A stretch of 64,000 nt of DNA, taken from positions 37,155 through 101,154 of the IMG/VR virus record IMGVR_UViG_3300020477_001611. The stretch is one strand, 5' to 3'. Shown piece after piece: positions 48,033 to 58,084 of the stretch (position 1 is the first letter of the stretch; each line of letters begins with the position of its first letter). The notes under the pieces are model-generated. The model was given only the letters and a program-made list of their open reading frames with translations. It did not search any database and was not told the origin of the DNA. The DNA comes from a virus. A program made the position numbers and the translations under genes.

Positions 48033-49549
48033 TTTCTCTCTCCCCCATAGTTTAAACTATCACAAGTCTGTTTTAAAATAAATTCTGGTATAATAATATT
48101 ACCCTGTCCCATTGAATGTTCGTATTTAACACCGGGTCGGGCAGAATAAAAAGGAATATTAAGTTTTGTTCTAACTTCCCTTTCTAGGGCTTCTCTCTCC
48201 TTTACCAAGCTCTCTGCAGAAATATGGTCTGTCCATACATATGAAATATATCCACCACTTGGATCTCCTTTATAATAATCCTGTTCTGTCAAATAGTTAA
48301 GAGGTTTTTGATAAAGTTTATCGCCTGATATATCAGACGTATACACATAGTGGTCTCCTTGCTTTACTGCCTCATCAAAATAGGGTGAGCCCGGATATGT
48401 TGTAATAATTGTGCAGTCAAACTCTTCTGGCTGTGTTTTTAATAGCCAATTTTTAGTATTTTCAATCGTTTCTGCGCTTTCGCCAGCGTGGCCTACAGAC
48501 ATAAGAGCTTTTACTTTAAGACCGTGCTTCTTTGCAATTTCAACACATCTAGTGTTGTCGTCTTTTGAGGCCCTCTTCTTAATATTTGTTAAAATTCTTT
48601 CATCACCAGATTCAAAGCCGGTCAAAATCCACCTAAAACCAGCGCGGTACATTGCCTGTGCCTGCACCTCATTAAATAACTCAGCCTTTATGAAACCTCT
48701 CAATTTAAAATCTACACCGTGCTTTTCCTGTAAATCACTAATCTGATTCATCATCGGCACCATATTTTTATTAACGTTAAGTTCGTCGTCGTAAAACATG
48801 AATGCTTTGAATCCGTACTCCAAATATAAATGTTCAATCTCTTTAATTACCGAATCGGTGCCACGCGTGCGGATTTTTCTTAGGAATGGAGAATTGCGGC
48901 CACTACAAAAAGTACAAAAAAACGGACAGCCCAATTGAGCTATTAAACTAACGGCGTCCTCGCCCTCAATCTGATATTTATATGAGCCAACATCGACCAA
49001 GTGCCTTGCTGGCATCGGGAAGTTGGTAAACTGCTTATTGCTCAAAAATAACGGTGAACGCCTATCATCAGCATCAACAACACCGCTGTCTATTTTAAGA
49101 GCCTCAAAAATTGCCAATTCGCCGTCACCGCAGACCAGCACATCATATAAACCAAGCAACTGTTCAATGTCTTTTGTCGCCCGATCACTACCCACAAAGT
49201 TCTTTTCTTTTTCTTTTTTTGATGCCGAGTGCATCAAAGAAACGTGCGGACCACCCAGCATCAACTTTCCCACTTTTCCTTTTAAAGCGTGTGCGATTTT
49301 TACAGCAAACGGCACCTGTGGTGTTGTTGCAGTCACTCCAATAACCTTCGCGCTCCCGGGCATTTTAACATAATCATTTAACACATCAACAAAATTTGAA
49401 ATACCACTCAAATCAACAAAATCAACTTTATATCCCTCCTGTTCAAGTACGGCTGCAACTTTTAAAACGCCAATATGCATAAACACCCGCTCATCCAAAA
49501 GGAACGGCGAAGGTGGAGTAACCAAACATATGTGCTTATTTACATTCAT
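48029..49549 (-). CDS. Cobalamin-binding radical SAM protein (class B methylase-like)
   Basis: N-terminal B12 domain (GGPH, GDGE), GCPFFCTFC, FYDD, GFESG, YPGS. Confidence 0.9.
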   Translation of the reverse strand: MNVNKHICLVTPPSPFLLDERVFMHIGVLKVAAVLEQEGYKVDFVDLSGISNFVDVLNDYVKMPGSAKVIGVTATTPQVPFAVKIAHALKGKVGKLMLGGPHVSLMHSASKKEKEKNFVGSDRATKDIEQLLGLYDVLVCGDGELAIFEALKIDSGVVDADDRRSPLFLSNKQFTNFPMPARHLVDVGSYKYQIEGEDAVSLIAQLGCPFFCTFCSGRNSPFLRKIRTRGTDSVIKEIEHLYLEYGFKAFMFYDDELNVNKNMVPMMNQISDLQEKHGVDFKLRGFIKAELFNEVQAQAMYRAGFRWILTGFESGDERILTNIKKRASKDDNTRCVEIAKKHGLKVKALMSVGHAGESAETIENTKNWLLKTQPEEFDCTIITTYPGSPYFDEAVKQGDHYVYTSDISGDKLYQKPLNYLTEQDYYKGDPSGGYISYVWTDHISAESLVKEREALEREVRTKLNIPFYSARPGVKYEHSMGQGNIIIPEFILKQTCDSLNYGGERK

Positions 49550-50339
49550 TTAAAATTTTTTCTTCCCAGTATTTCATATATAGCATGTCTTTGGGGTTAT
49601 CCTTAACCCTTTCGTATTCTGAATTTAAAAAATCTAAATCTGCCAATTTGTCCCATGTCTCCAGTGCTATAACGGGCAATTCAGTAAAAAAAGAATTTCC
49701 CCTACTCCTTTTAATTATTGGAACTCTCCCTAAATAGAGAGCTTCCCAAAACCGATGAGTTTCTGCCGGCGCATTCCCTCTGGGGCATACAACCATCTTG
49801 TGATTCAAAATGCCCATTAAGTATTTTGTGTATGACCTATATCTTGATTCTTCATGAGTTTGGGATATACTATCAGTTATATATGGCAAACCCTGAGATA
49901 TATCATACACCCGCTGCCTTATAGGGTGAGTTGTTAAGCTATAATTTGCATATAGTTCTTTTTCTGGGTGGCAAAAAGGGGGGCTGCACAGTAAGATTAT
50001 CTTCTCTGCAGCCTCTGAGTGGCCCTTACCATGCCCCCTCAACATACAATCTTCATGATTTTCGATACCGTATGGCATCCCAACGACCAAAGGGTTTTTA
50101 GTAACAACGCCCTGAGCAAACCACTTTTTAATACACGAAGGTGCAGAATATAATATTTCATCGGTAAGTCCAATATCACTATTACCGGAGATTAAAATAG
50201 AGGGCTTATTATGATTTTTTAGAGAGTTAAAAAGTTGTGGTAGGTAATCTGTTTTACAAAAAAATACATTTTCTCCGTTATGAAAACGAGCGAATTTATT
50301 AAACTGTACTATATCAGCCGGCGTAAAAAAATGATGCAT
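49536..50339 (-). CDS. Exostosin/GT47-like glycosyltransferase
   Basis: VCPRGN...THRFWEALYLGRVPI. Start moved to MHHFF (50339). Confidence 0.6.
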   Translation of the reverse strand: MHHFFTPADIVQFNKFARFHNGENVFFCKTDYLPQLFNSLKNHNKPSILISGNSDIGLTDEILYSAPSCIKKWFAQGVVTKNPLVVGMPYGIENHEDCMLRGHGKGHSEAAEKIILLCSPPFCHPEKELYANYSLTTHPIRQRVYDISQGLPYITDSISQTHEESRYRSYTKYLMGILNHKMVVCPRGNAPAETHRFWEALYLGRVPIIKRSRGNSFFTELPVIALETWDKLADLDFLNSEYERVKDNPKDMLYMKYWEEKILNECK

Positions 50340-50340
50340 G

Positions 50341-50697
50341 TTAATCCCCGCTGATAATCCGATAAGAATCGCTGTCAAAATGTTGAGTTGAAAATTCAAA
50401 TAACTCTGTATCATCTAAAGCCAACATTTGGTGTCTTAAGCCACGATAAACATGAAAATTATCACCCTTGCTTAAAACCACTTCTTTTGATTTTTCGATG
50501 TCATCTTGTTCTGAAAACCTTACTAGGATCTTCCCTGATTGGATGTAAAACACTTCGTCTTTAAGCTTGTGGTAATGCCAAGAGCATTTTTTTCCTTTCA
50601 CAAAATATAATAATTTTCCGCAATATTCTTCGCAGTTTACAATCCACTTTTCAAAACCCCAGCCCTTGGGGACAAACTTAATCGGCAAAGAAGTCAC
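50341..50697 (-). CDS. Cupin protein (sugar-phosphate isomerase-like)
   Basis: KGWG.E, CSWHYH...DE.F...G, distal H, EFST. Probable GTG start at 50697. Confidence 0.78.
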   Translation of the reverse strand: MTSLPIKFVPKGWGFEKWIVNCEEYCGKLLYFVKGKKCSWHYHKLKDEVFYIQSGKILVRFSEQDDIEKSKEVVLSKGDNFHVYRGLRHQMLALDDTELFEFSTQHFDSDSYRIISGD

Positions 50698-50998
50698 TAT
50701 CTCTAATCCCCTTATCATCTATATAGAAATCAGCGCTAGGCTTTCCCAAAAATAGATGATGATATTTTACCCCCCACTCTTTTAATTGGTTGGCGGTAAG
50801 CTCATAAAAATCCTGTATTGCCAACATCATGTTGTTTTTATGTCGGCCCATTCCCCGCGCAGTATAGCATATAATTGTATGCCCCTCATTATAAAGAGTG
50901 TTTATTTTTTTTATCCGCTCTTTAAAAGGCTCTGCGTTTTTATAGCGCGGCGATGCGTGGCTACAAATTGTACCATCTATATCAAATACATAAATCAC
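50678..50998 (-). CDS. Minimal HAD phosphatase (EcbF/BcbF capsule-phosphatase-like)
   Basis: FDIDGT, YTARG, GKP.AD.YIDDK. Start at GTG 50998 (or ATG 51013). Confidence 0.82.
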   Translation of the reverse strand: MIYVFDIDGTICSHASPRYKNAEPFKERIKKINTLYNEGHTIICYTARGMGRHKNNMMLAIQDFYELTANQLKEWGVKYHHLFLGKPSADFYIDDKGIRDSDFFAD

Positions 50999-51804
50999 AC
51001 GCTGCTCCTCCATTTTTCTACATCTTCCTCTCTTATAACATAAGTTCCGAAATTTTTTACCGCAATCGAAGCACAAAAATTAGCAAATTTAATTGCTTCC
51101 GGGGGGTCCTCGCCGGCCAAACAAGACGTAACAAAGGCAGCCAAAAAAGTATCGCCGGCCCCGCAAACGTTGGGGGAGAGTCCAGTGTTATCTATCTCGC
51201 TCGGATATGACTCATAAATTCTGTCTTGATATAAAGCGCCCCTCTTACCAAGGGTAATTATAAACTGACAATTAGAAGGTTCTCGCTTCATAGATTCAAA
51301 TTCATTTTCATTTATTTTCAAAAAACAATCTTTATAGCAAGAAAGATCTTTCTTTTTAGAGTCGGCAAAAACAGGGACATTAGCTTTGGCAGCCTCCTTT
51401 AAAATTATATTAATAGAAGTCTCGTCTAAAAAACCCTTATCATAATCTGAAATAACAATTGCATCATATTTTTTAAAATTAATATTTTGTTTAAGGCGTG
51501 TTGGTTTTGTTTTCTTTGTTTCGCCCGTGTCTAGCCGCATGATATGGTGATTGCTGGTGGTTACCACAAACCTCTCTTTTGTTATTTTATTATTGTGAGT
51601 AATCAAAGAAACTTTATTTCCAAGATTAATTAAATTCAGGCAGACATTTCCTGCCATACCTTGGCTTTCTTGTGTGTTTACCAATTTGAATATAGGAACT
51701 GGAGCTTCCGGGCTTAGGCGAATGCACTCCCCAAAGTGATACCTATCGATGCACGAATCACCTATCACTAATATCTTTGATGATTTTGGTTGTGGAATAT
51801 CCAT
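50995..51804 (-). CDS. rfaE1: Heptose-7-phosphate kinase-like PfkB protein (HldE kinase domain)
   Basis: IGD..ID.Y..G...RLSPEAPVP, G.AGNV..N, ISDYDKG, CGAGDTF. Confidence 0.85.
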   Translation of the reverse strand: MDIPQPKSSKILVIGDSCIDRYHFGECIRLSPEAPVPIFKLVNTQESQGMAGNVCLNLINLGNKVSLITHNNKITKERFVVTTSNHHIMRLDTGETKKTKPTRLKQNINFKKYDAIVISDYDKGFLDETSINIILKEAAKANVPVFADSKKKDLSCYKDCFLKINENEFESMKREPSNCQFIITLGKRGALYQDRIYESYPSEIDNTGLSPNVCGAGDTFLAAFVTSCLAGEDPPEAIKFANFCASIAVKNFGTYVIREEDVEKWRSSV

Positions 51805-52147
51805 CTATGAACTCAAATATATGAACTGTTGCCAGATCAGACCCTACAACATCTGCCGCCTTATAGTCGCCGCCCTTTACAATTATATCAGGCTTTATTC
51901 CCTTTATTAAGTTGTATGGAGTGTCTTCTTCAAAAATTTTTACTTCATCAACATATTTTAAGCTCTCTAATAAATATTTTCTGTCCTGTTCTGAATTAAT
52001 GGGGCGATCGGGACCTTTTAGGCGTGCTACGCTAGCATTGCTGTTTAGACCCACAGTGACATGCCCCAAAGACTTACAATATTTTAACAATTCTAAATGA
52101 CCTCGATGAAAAATATCGAAGCACCCATTAGTAAAAACCTTAATCAT
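51758..52147 (-). CDS. rfaE2: Heptose-1-phosphate nucleotidyltransferase (HldE C-terminal domain)
   Basis: VFTNGCFDIFHRGH, GLNS..SV.RLKG.DRP, KGGDY, GYSTT. Confidence 0.9.
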   Translation of the reverse strand: MIKVFTNGCFDIFHRGHLELLKYCKSLGHVTVGLNSNASVARLKGPDRPINSEQDRKYLLESLKYVDEVKIFEEDTPYNLIKGIKPDIIVKGGDYKAADVVGSDLATVHIFEFIDGYSTTKIIKDISDR

Positions 52148-53102
52148 GGTGCGCATCTTGCCTTAAAAGGGCTATATCGTTCATGACCATTTTTTCAGCC
52201 ATTTTTTCAAAAGTAACCTTGGGCCTCCAGCCCAATATTTTCTTTGCCTTTGTACAGTCGCCAACAACATTGTCCACATCTAGTGGGCGCATATATCTTT
52301 CATCATACCTAATATACTTTTCCCAATCACGAATATTAACACATTCAAACGCTGCAGCAAGGAAGTTTCTAATAGAGTTAATTTTTTCGGTAGCGATAAC
52401 ATAATCATCTGGCTGCTCTTGTTGCAATATCAACCACATAGCCTCGACAAAATCTGGAGCATACCCCCAGTCGCGGCGGCCGTCTATATTCCCCAAAACA
52501 AGGTGATCCTCCAAGCCTAAATATATTTTTGCCACACCCTTGGATATTTTCCTAGTAACAAATTTCTCCGGCCTTCGTTCTGATTCGTGATTAAAGAGGA
52601 TTCCGCTGCAAGCAAACATCCCGTATGATTCACGATAATTTCTTGTTATGCAGTGTCCGAATAATTTTGAAACTCCATAAGGGCTCCTCGGATGAAATTG
52701 TGTTGCCTCATTCTGCGGCGCTTCTAGTGGTTTTCCATACATCTCGCTAGTAGAGGCTTGATAAAATTTTATTGATTTATTATAATTTTTTATTGCGTCC
52801 AACAATCGAAGGACGCCAACACCATTAATGTCGTTTGTATATTCTGGGGCTTGCCAAGATGCACCTACGGAAGAAATGCCCCCTAGGTTATAAACTTCAT
52901 CAGGATCGACCTCTTCCAAGCAGCCAATTAAAGATTTCTTGTCTGTGAGATTCCCCGCAACACATATAATACTCTCATTTAGATGATTGCCCTTTAAGCC
53001 GGTTCTGGACATTCCATATACTTTATAGCCTTTCAACAATAAAAACTCAGAAAGATAGTAGCCGTCTTGACCATTGATTCCAGTTATAAGGGCCCTTTTC
53101 AT
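52140..53102 (-). CDS. gmd: GDP-mannose 4,6-dehydratase, second copy
   Basis: GINGQDG, QASTSEMYG, PRSPYGVSK, LFNHES, FVTRKI. Confidence 0.9.
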   Translation of the reverse strand: MKRALITGINGQDGYYLSEFLLLKGYKVYGMSRTGLKGNHLNESIICVAGNLTDKKSLIGCLEEVDPDEVYNLGGISSVGASWQAPEYTNDINGVGVLRLLDAIKNYNKSIKFYQASTSEMYGKPLEAPQNEATQFHPRSPYGVSKLFGHCITRNYRESYGMFACSGILFNHESERRPEKFVTRKISKGVAKIYLGLEDHLVLGNIDGRRDWGYAPDFVEAMWLILQQEQPDDYVIATEKINSIRNFLAAAFECVNIRDWEKYIRYDERYMRPLDVDNVVGDCTKAKKILGWRPKVTFEKMAEKMVMNDIALLRQDAHHD

Positions 53103-54175
53103 GAAATACCTCTTAGTACCTCTTTCCACAAATCATAAATTTTTTCCTTTCTAACCTTATTAAAAGAAAGCATGTTCTGGCTTACAGCAGTAGTATCCAC
53201 CTCATTTAACATGGCTGAAAGCTCGTGGAACGAATCAAAGTAGTTTATATGCGGCATCCACTCCTCATCATAGAAGTCGGCCAGTTCAATCCATGGCCTT
53301 TCTTGGGCGACATTCCCATAATTATTAATATCTGTTTCGCCCGGTGGTCCAGAAATTATAGTTCCTGAAGGAAGGCCCCAGACCTCTCTCCACGAAAGTT
53401 GATTCAGCACCCCCATGTTACCAAAAGTCCCTCTCAGCTTCAACATGAATTCTAAAGAGGGGAAAAACATGGGCATCCCAGAAGTATAATTTTCAAAAAT
53501 GGACATGGTTGAAATATTATATGGTATGTGGACTATTCCACGATATTCTGTTAATTCGTGCCACTTATAATGTGGACCAAGAGCCTCTTTCTTGTTCTGT
53601 ATAATCGGATCATAGTGTAATGTGTGCAGGGGAAGCAGCGAATGATAAAGAAAAGAAAGGTTCTTCGGATCATATAGCGACTCAGTATATTCACAAAGAC
53701 TCGGAATGTGTTTCCACTTTCTTTGTGTGAGCGTCTCACAATATTTTTTATCACACTTGTTGTTGGCTATTGGAATTATTAATCCGCTATCAATACCTTC
53801 TCTCAAATATTCGTTATACCATTCCCACTTTTCCTTGTCATTCCAGAATGGCGCTTCATATCTAATAGGAGCAACTGTTATTATGGGTTTTTTAAATTTC
53901 TCATATAACAAACAAAAACTTGGAGCATATGTACAAATAAATCCATCATATTGACTTAATTCGTCCTTGTATCGCTCATAAAAAGCATCGCACATATTCT
54001 TATCTAGATTGTGCCAATTTGCAGCGCTGATAATGTCTACCTTATCAGGAGAGCGGCCCATGGCCCAACTATGACCCGATAAAGTCCAATCATCTACTTG
54101 ATGTCCCAAATCTTCAAAAATGCGCTTAATGTCCGCAATGACGGCAATATGTAAATCTAAATTAAAAAATTTCAC
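53099..54175 (-). CDS. Putative GT-B-like glycosyltransferase
   Basis: HIPYNISTMSIFE....MP.F.P resembles a GT-B donor-binding segment; island context. Confidence 0.45.
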   Translation of the reverse strand: MKFFNLDLHIAVIADIKRIFEDLGHQVDDWTLSGHSWAMGRSPDKVDIISAANWHNLDKNMCDAFYERYKDELSQYDGFICTYAPSFCLLYEKFKKPIITVAPIRYEAPFWNDKEKWEWYNEYLREGIDSGLIIPIANNKCDKKYCETLTQRKWKHIPSLCEYTESLYDPKNLSFLYHSLLPLHTLHYDPIIQNKKEALGPHYKWHELTEYRGIVHIPYNISTMSIFENYTSGMPMFFPSLEFMLKLRGTFGNMGVLNQLSWREVWGLPSGTIISGPPGETDINNYGNVAQERPWIELADFYDEEWMPHINYFDSFHELSAMLNEVDTTAVSQNMLSFNKVRKEKIYDLWKEVLRGIS

Positions 54176-54828
54176 TTTAAAGCCTCTTTAAGAATATTCA
54201 CATGCTCTTCAATTGTGTTGTCGTTTTCATCAAAAACTTGCCCCACAAATTCGTTGTCTTGGCGAAGCGTTGGAAAAGAATTCCCCTCAAAAAATTCATC
54301 ATGTACAAGTATATCATCTTCAATTCTAGGCAGCACAACATCAGCAAGAAATTTGTAATCGGTGCCGTAAGCATCCTCTTGGGAAAAATTATCTATAAGA
54401 TCCCTTATGCTTGATAATATACCAGACTTGATACCCCACATGCCCCCCAATACTGGAAACCTGTGCCATGGGTGATCGCGCATAATATGGAAACCCTTGT
54501 CAGACGTTGCCCACTGATCCACAGCGGCCTTTTCACGGTAATTAAGCCGCGAGTCAGCATCTCGCGAAATCATAATTTCTACGCCCCTTTCATCGATAGC
54601 CTCAAAGCGCCAGAACATCCCCCTCCAATCGCCGAATTCGGATCTTTCTACAATCTGAACATTTTCTCTTTTTTTTAATTCATGGATCACGGAAAAAGGA
54701 ACACTCTGCCCAACATAAAAACGACAAAACCAATCTGGATATATTTCTCTAGCTAGGTCCGCGTTTTTTATAGCGCCAACCAAATATTTTGGATCGTTGC
54801 CCCAAAGAGAAAAAGTGATTAATTTCAT
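54172..54828 (-). CDS. Putative GT-A-like protein
   Basis: FSLWG, MFWRF, ISRDADSR (DxD), MRDHP.H, GGMWG. Confidence 0.5.
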   Translation of the reverse strand: MKLITFSLWGNDPKYLVGAIKNADLAREIYPDWFCRFYVGQSVPFSVIHELKKRENVQIVERSEFGDWRGMFWRFEAIDERGVEIMISRDADSRLNYREKAAVDQWATSDKGFHIMRDHPWHRFPVLGGMWGIKSGILSSIRDLIDNFSQEDAYGTDYKFLADVVLPRIEDDILVHDEFFEGNSFPTLRQDNEFVGQVFDENDNTIEEHVNILKEALK

Positions 54829-56816
54829 CCTGCGGCTGTAACATCCTTATACTTCTCATAAATTTCTGCTTCTTCTTTACGCTTCCAGTCAAAATTTTCT
54901 GGATTTGTAGAAATACCCTTCGGATTAAAATAATATAATCCTAAAGGCTGCTGCATTTTTTTAAATTTTGAGCCCTTAGAGGCCGCTCTCAACCACATCT
55001 CCCAGTCTCCAGCAGATCTATATTTATCTTCGAACTTTCCATATTTATCATGAATGGTTTTTCTCCACATAGGAGAAGCATGTGGCATATTAACCATCTT
55101 CAAGTTATCAAAAGAAAATTCCGGAAAATTATACTTAGCGTTGTTGCAAGAGTTGTTTTCAAATGTTTCGTTTGGCTTTTGTGTGATCAACATATCCGCA
55201 TACACCAAATCTATGTCATCAGCTTGGTATAAAGCTTTGGCGTGTTCTTCTAGTGAATTGGTGGCCTTCCGATCATCCAAGTTCGCATTTGTTAAATATT
55301 CCCCAGAGGCCATTTCGACTCCCATGTTCCAAACGCCATAAATGCCGGGATCATCATCTAACTTTACATATTTAATGTTATCTGGATATTTTTCCACATA
55401 TTTATTGATAATATTTTCTTCATTGCCCGGAGAATTTGCGTTAATCAATAATAACTCACACTTCTCCTCAAATATGGTTTGACGAGTAATATCCTCCAAA
55501 AATGGCTCAATATAATCATCGCCGTCATAAACCGAAGTAATGATGGAAATGGTTGGAAGATCCTCTATTTTGACAGGAGGTTTGATTTCTTCACCTAAAA
55601 TATTTTCACAAAATTTGTGATAAATCGTTTCTTCGGAAAATTTTCCACTTTCATAAATATATTTTTTAAGGGTCCGAGCTTTGTTCTGTGCAAGGCTATA
55701 ATTTTCACAAACCTCGCGCATAGCGATTTTGGCGCTCTGCTCATTCACAAAAGCCCATTTCGCTTCGGGCTCCAATACCCCGGGCCAGACCGCCTCTTTT
55801 TGTATAGGCCTTACCTCATAGACAACCTTGGAGAAAAAAGCACGCATCTTTTCTTTCTTGGTTTTTTTGTCCTTCTTTGGAGCGTATAAAAAATCTCTTT
55901 GGCCACCCCAATCATGAGTAATCACTGGAACTCCACAACAAGCCGCTTCGTACAGTGGAAGGCCAAAGCCCTCACCGTGACCAAAATTAATCATAGCCTT
56001 AATTTTGGGACTTTTGATTAAAGAGCCCATCTCTTCATCTGTCAAATAGCCATGAATTAATTTAACAGAACAAACACGATCTGGATAATTTCTTAAGACC
56101 TCTCGCAGTCTTTTTTCAGTTTCGTGCCTGTCAATAATTGAATTCCCCGCAAGATGAGCCTTAATCACAAGGCCCACCTCATCATCATGAAACTCTTCTA
56201 AAAACATTTTTAAAGTGCCTTCAAAATTTTTACGGGGGCCCCATTGCGATACACACAAAAAATTAAAGTCATGTTTAAAATCAATTGTTAACTTATTTTT
56301 ACTCTCCGTCACAAGGGAATTGATAGGATAATTAACTGGGTGTATCGGTGTTTCTATCTTAAGCTCAAAGACCTGTCCTTGTGGGTTCTGTGCGTTATAT
56401 ACAGCATCTATAAACCCCTTCTTAGCGAAATCAGCAGTAACTATGATTCTATCTACAAATTGATTTGCGGCTGCTAGCCAATGCCCAGATACTTTATCTG
56501 CTTCAATGCCAGCACACACGCCGATATTTACTGGTGCGTTACGATATTGTTCCCACTCGCTAGGAATGGTCACCATCACACAAAGATCAAAAGTTCCCTT
56601 TTGCTGTAAATAATTAGCGGCCTTGCTAACCGCACTATCTATTTCGCGGCGTTCTTCGGAGTCTTCAAATTGCCAAGAAGTCTGCCCCCACCCAATTGGC
56701 ATCACATATAAATCAAAAAGATCTGGGCGACTCTTCAAGGCCCGATAGACTGTTCTTGCGTGTACACCGTATCCTGATTGGGTAAGGATCGGCCCTACTA
56801 ATAATACTTTTTTCAT
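54825..56816 (-). CDS. Bifunctional glycosyltransferase (GT4 + GT2 fusion)
   Basis: N-terminal SGYG...RKN...GEGFGLPLYEAA (GT4); C-terminal ISIITSVY...N.G...A.GEY...NLDD...GDWEMWLR (GT2). Confidence 0.88.
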   Translation of the reverse strand: MKKVLLVGPILTQSGYGVHARTVYRALKSRPDLFDLYVMPIGWGQTSWQFEDSEERREIDSAVSKAANYLQQKGTFDLCVMVTIPSEWEQYRNAPVNIGVCAGIEADKVSGHWLAAANQFVDRIIVTADFAKKGFIDAVYNAQNPQGQVFELKIETPIHPVNYPINSLVTESKNKLTIDFKHDFNFLCVSQWGPRKNFEGTLKMFLEEFHDDEVGLVIKAHLAGNSIIDRHETEKRLREVLRNYPDRVCSVKLIHGYLTDEEMGSLIKSPKIKAMINFGHGEGFGLPLYEAACCGVPVITHDWGGQRDFLYAPKKDKKTKKEKMRAFFSKVVYEVRPIQKEAVWPGVLEPEAKWAFVNEQSAKIAMREVCENYSLAQNKARTLKKYIYESGKFSEETIYHKFCENILGEEIKPPVKIEDLPTISIITSVYDGDDYIEPFLEDITRQTIFEEKCELLLINANSPGNEENIINKYVEKYPDNIKYVKLDDDPGIYGVWNMGVEMASGEYLTNANLDDRKATNSLEEHAKALYQADDIDLVYADMLITQKPNETFENNSCNNAKYNFPEFSFDNLKMVNMPHASPMWRKTIHDKYGKFEDKYRSAGDWEMWLRAASKGSKFKKMQQPLGLYYFNPKGISTNPENFDWKRKEEAEIYEKYKDVTAAG

Positions 56817-58084
56817 AAATCAATCGCCTTCCAAGGTTCATAGCCCTTTCTACTTTCCCAAGAACCATGCTTTTTATGGGTATCTTCCATTAAACTAACC
56901 CACCTTTCATTAAAATCTTTAAAATTAAAATTTTCCTTAACATGCTTTCTGGCACGTTTAGTAAGCTTCGTCTTTTCCTTATCGGTCATATTATAAACCT
57001 TCATCAGGGCCTCCAAAAAATCTTCTTTAGAAATCCGATCTTCATAAATGTAAGGAACCTGTTGTGAGCCTACAATTTGTTGAGAGCACGGATAGATTGG
57101 AATGCCACATTCCTCATCACCATTCTTAATTTGATCTTGAAGACCACCTGTCATAATAGACACAATCGGCACCTCACAAGACATCGCCTCCAAAGTAGAG
57201 AGGCCAAAACCCTCTGCATCTGAAATGTTAACTACGCAGTCTGCCATGTTGTATAAGCGACCCATTTGGTCCAGCGGAATTCGCTCTCGTGAAAACAACA
57301 CTTCCCCGTTTGCGATCTCAAGATCCTCGATCATCCGCTGTAAATTTGGACCGTTGGTGTCAAATGGGTCTGTGTGCATGATTAAAGTTGCTTTGTCGTG
57401 CCCTACTCGGTCTAAAAATTCTTTAAACCACAAAATTAAAGTACCAGAATGTTTTCTTCTGGCGTTCCTATTACACCAAAAGACAATAAATTTGTCCTCC
57501 ATGGACTTTCCATCGGGCGTTTTGTTTGTTTCCCGCAGAATTTTTCTATTTTCGGCGCCCTCATTCTTATATATTTCAGAATCAACTGCATGGGGTATGT
57601 GATGCAACTCAACCTCCGGAGCTACATGTTCAACCAAGTCGTTTGTAAGTTGTGAAATGGAGACTATCACATCATTCGATAAATAGGGTGCTCTATTATA
57701 GTGAGGATAGGGATAGTTATCCCACACATGATAATATACCATTGGCATCAAAGGCCTAATTTCGTTTTCCATTTCCCACAACCAACCCCAAAAACGCGGG
57801 TCGGTCATAAACCACAATATATCTGGCTTTTCTCGGCGGATAATAGAGCGCAACAAATCTTTCGTTCCAAAATTATCTACTGGTAAGACCCTCCAGTCTT
57901 CTCCATACTCTTCCGTTTGAATTATATTATATTGGCTGTGCTTAATTGCGCCCCCAATAGAAAAAACTTGAAACTTGCCGCTCTTAAGCAGCGCTTCAAT
58001 CATATTCCTAGTTTGAATGCCGACGCCTGAGAACGCCAAGGGATGATCGCCTAGTGTAAGGACTTTTATTTTTTTATCTGTCAT
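56813..58084 (-). CDS. GT4-family glycosyltransferase
   Basis: NRNARRK, YNMADC, EGFGLSTLEAMSCEVP. Confidence 0.9.
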   Translation of the reverse strand: MTDKKIKVLTLGDHPLAFSGVGIQTRNMIEALLKSGKFQVFSIGGAIKHSQYNIIQTEEYGEDWRVLPVDNFGTKDLLRSIIRREKPDILWFMTDPRFWGWLWEMENEIRPLMPMVYYHVWDNYPYPHYNRAPYLSNDVIVSISQLTNDLVEHVAPEVELHHIPHAVDSEIYKNEGAENRKILRETNKTPDGKSMEDKFIVFWCNRNARRKHSGTLILWFKEFLDRVGHDKATLIMHTDPFDTNGPNLQRMIEDLEIANGEVLFSRERIPLDQMGRLYNMADCVVNISDAEGFGLSTLEAMSCEVPIVSIMTGGLQDQIKNGDEECGIPIYPCSQQIVGSQQVPYIYEDRISKEDFLEALMKVYNMTDKEKTKLTKRARKHVKENFNFKDFNERWVSLMEDTHKKHGSWESRKGYEPWKAIDL

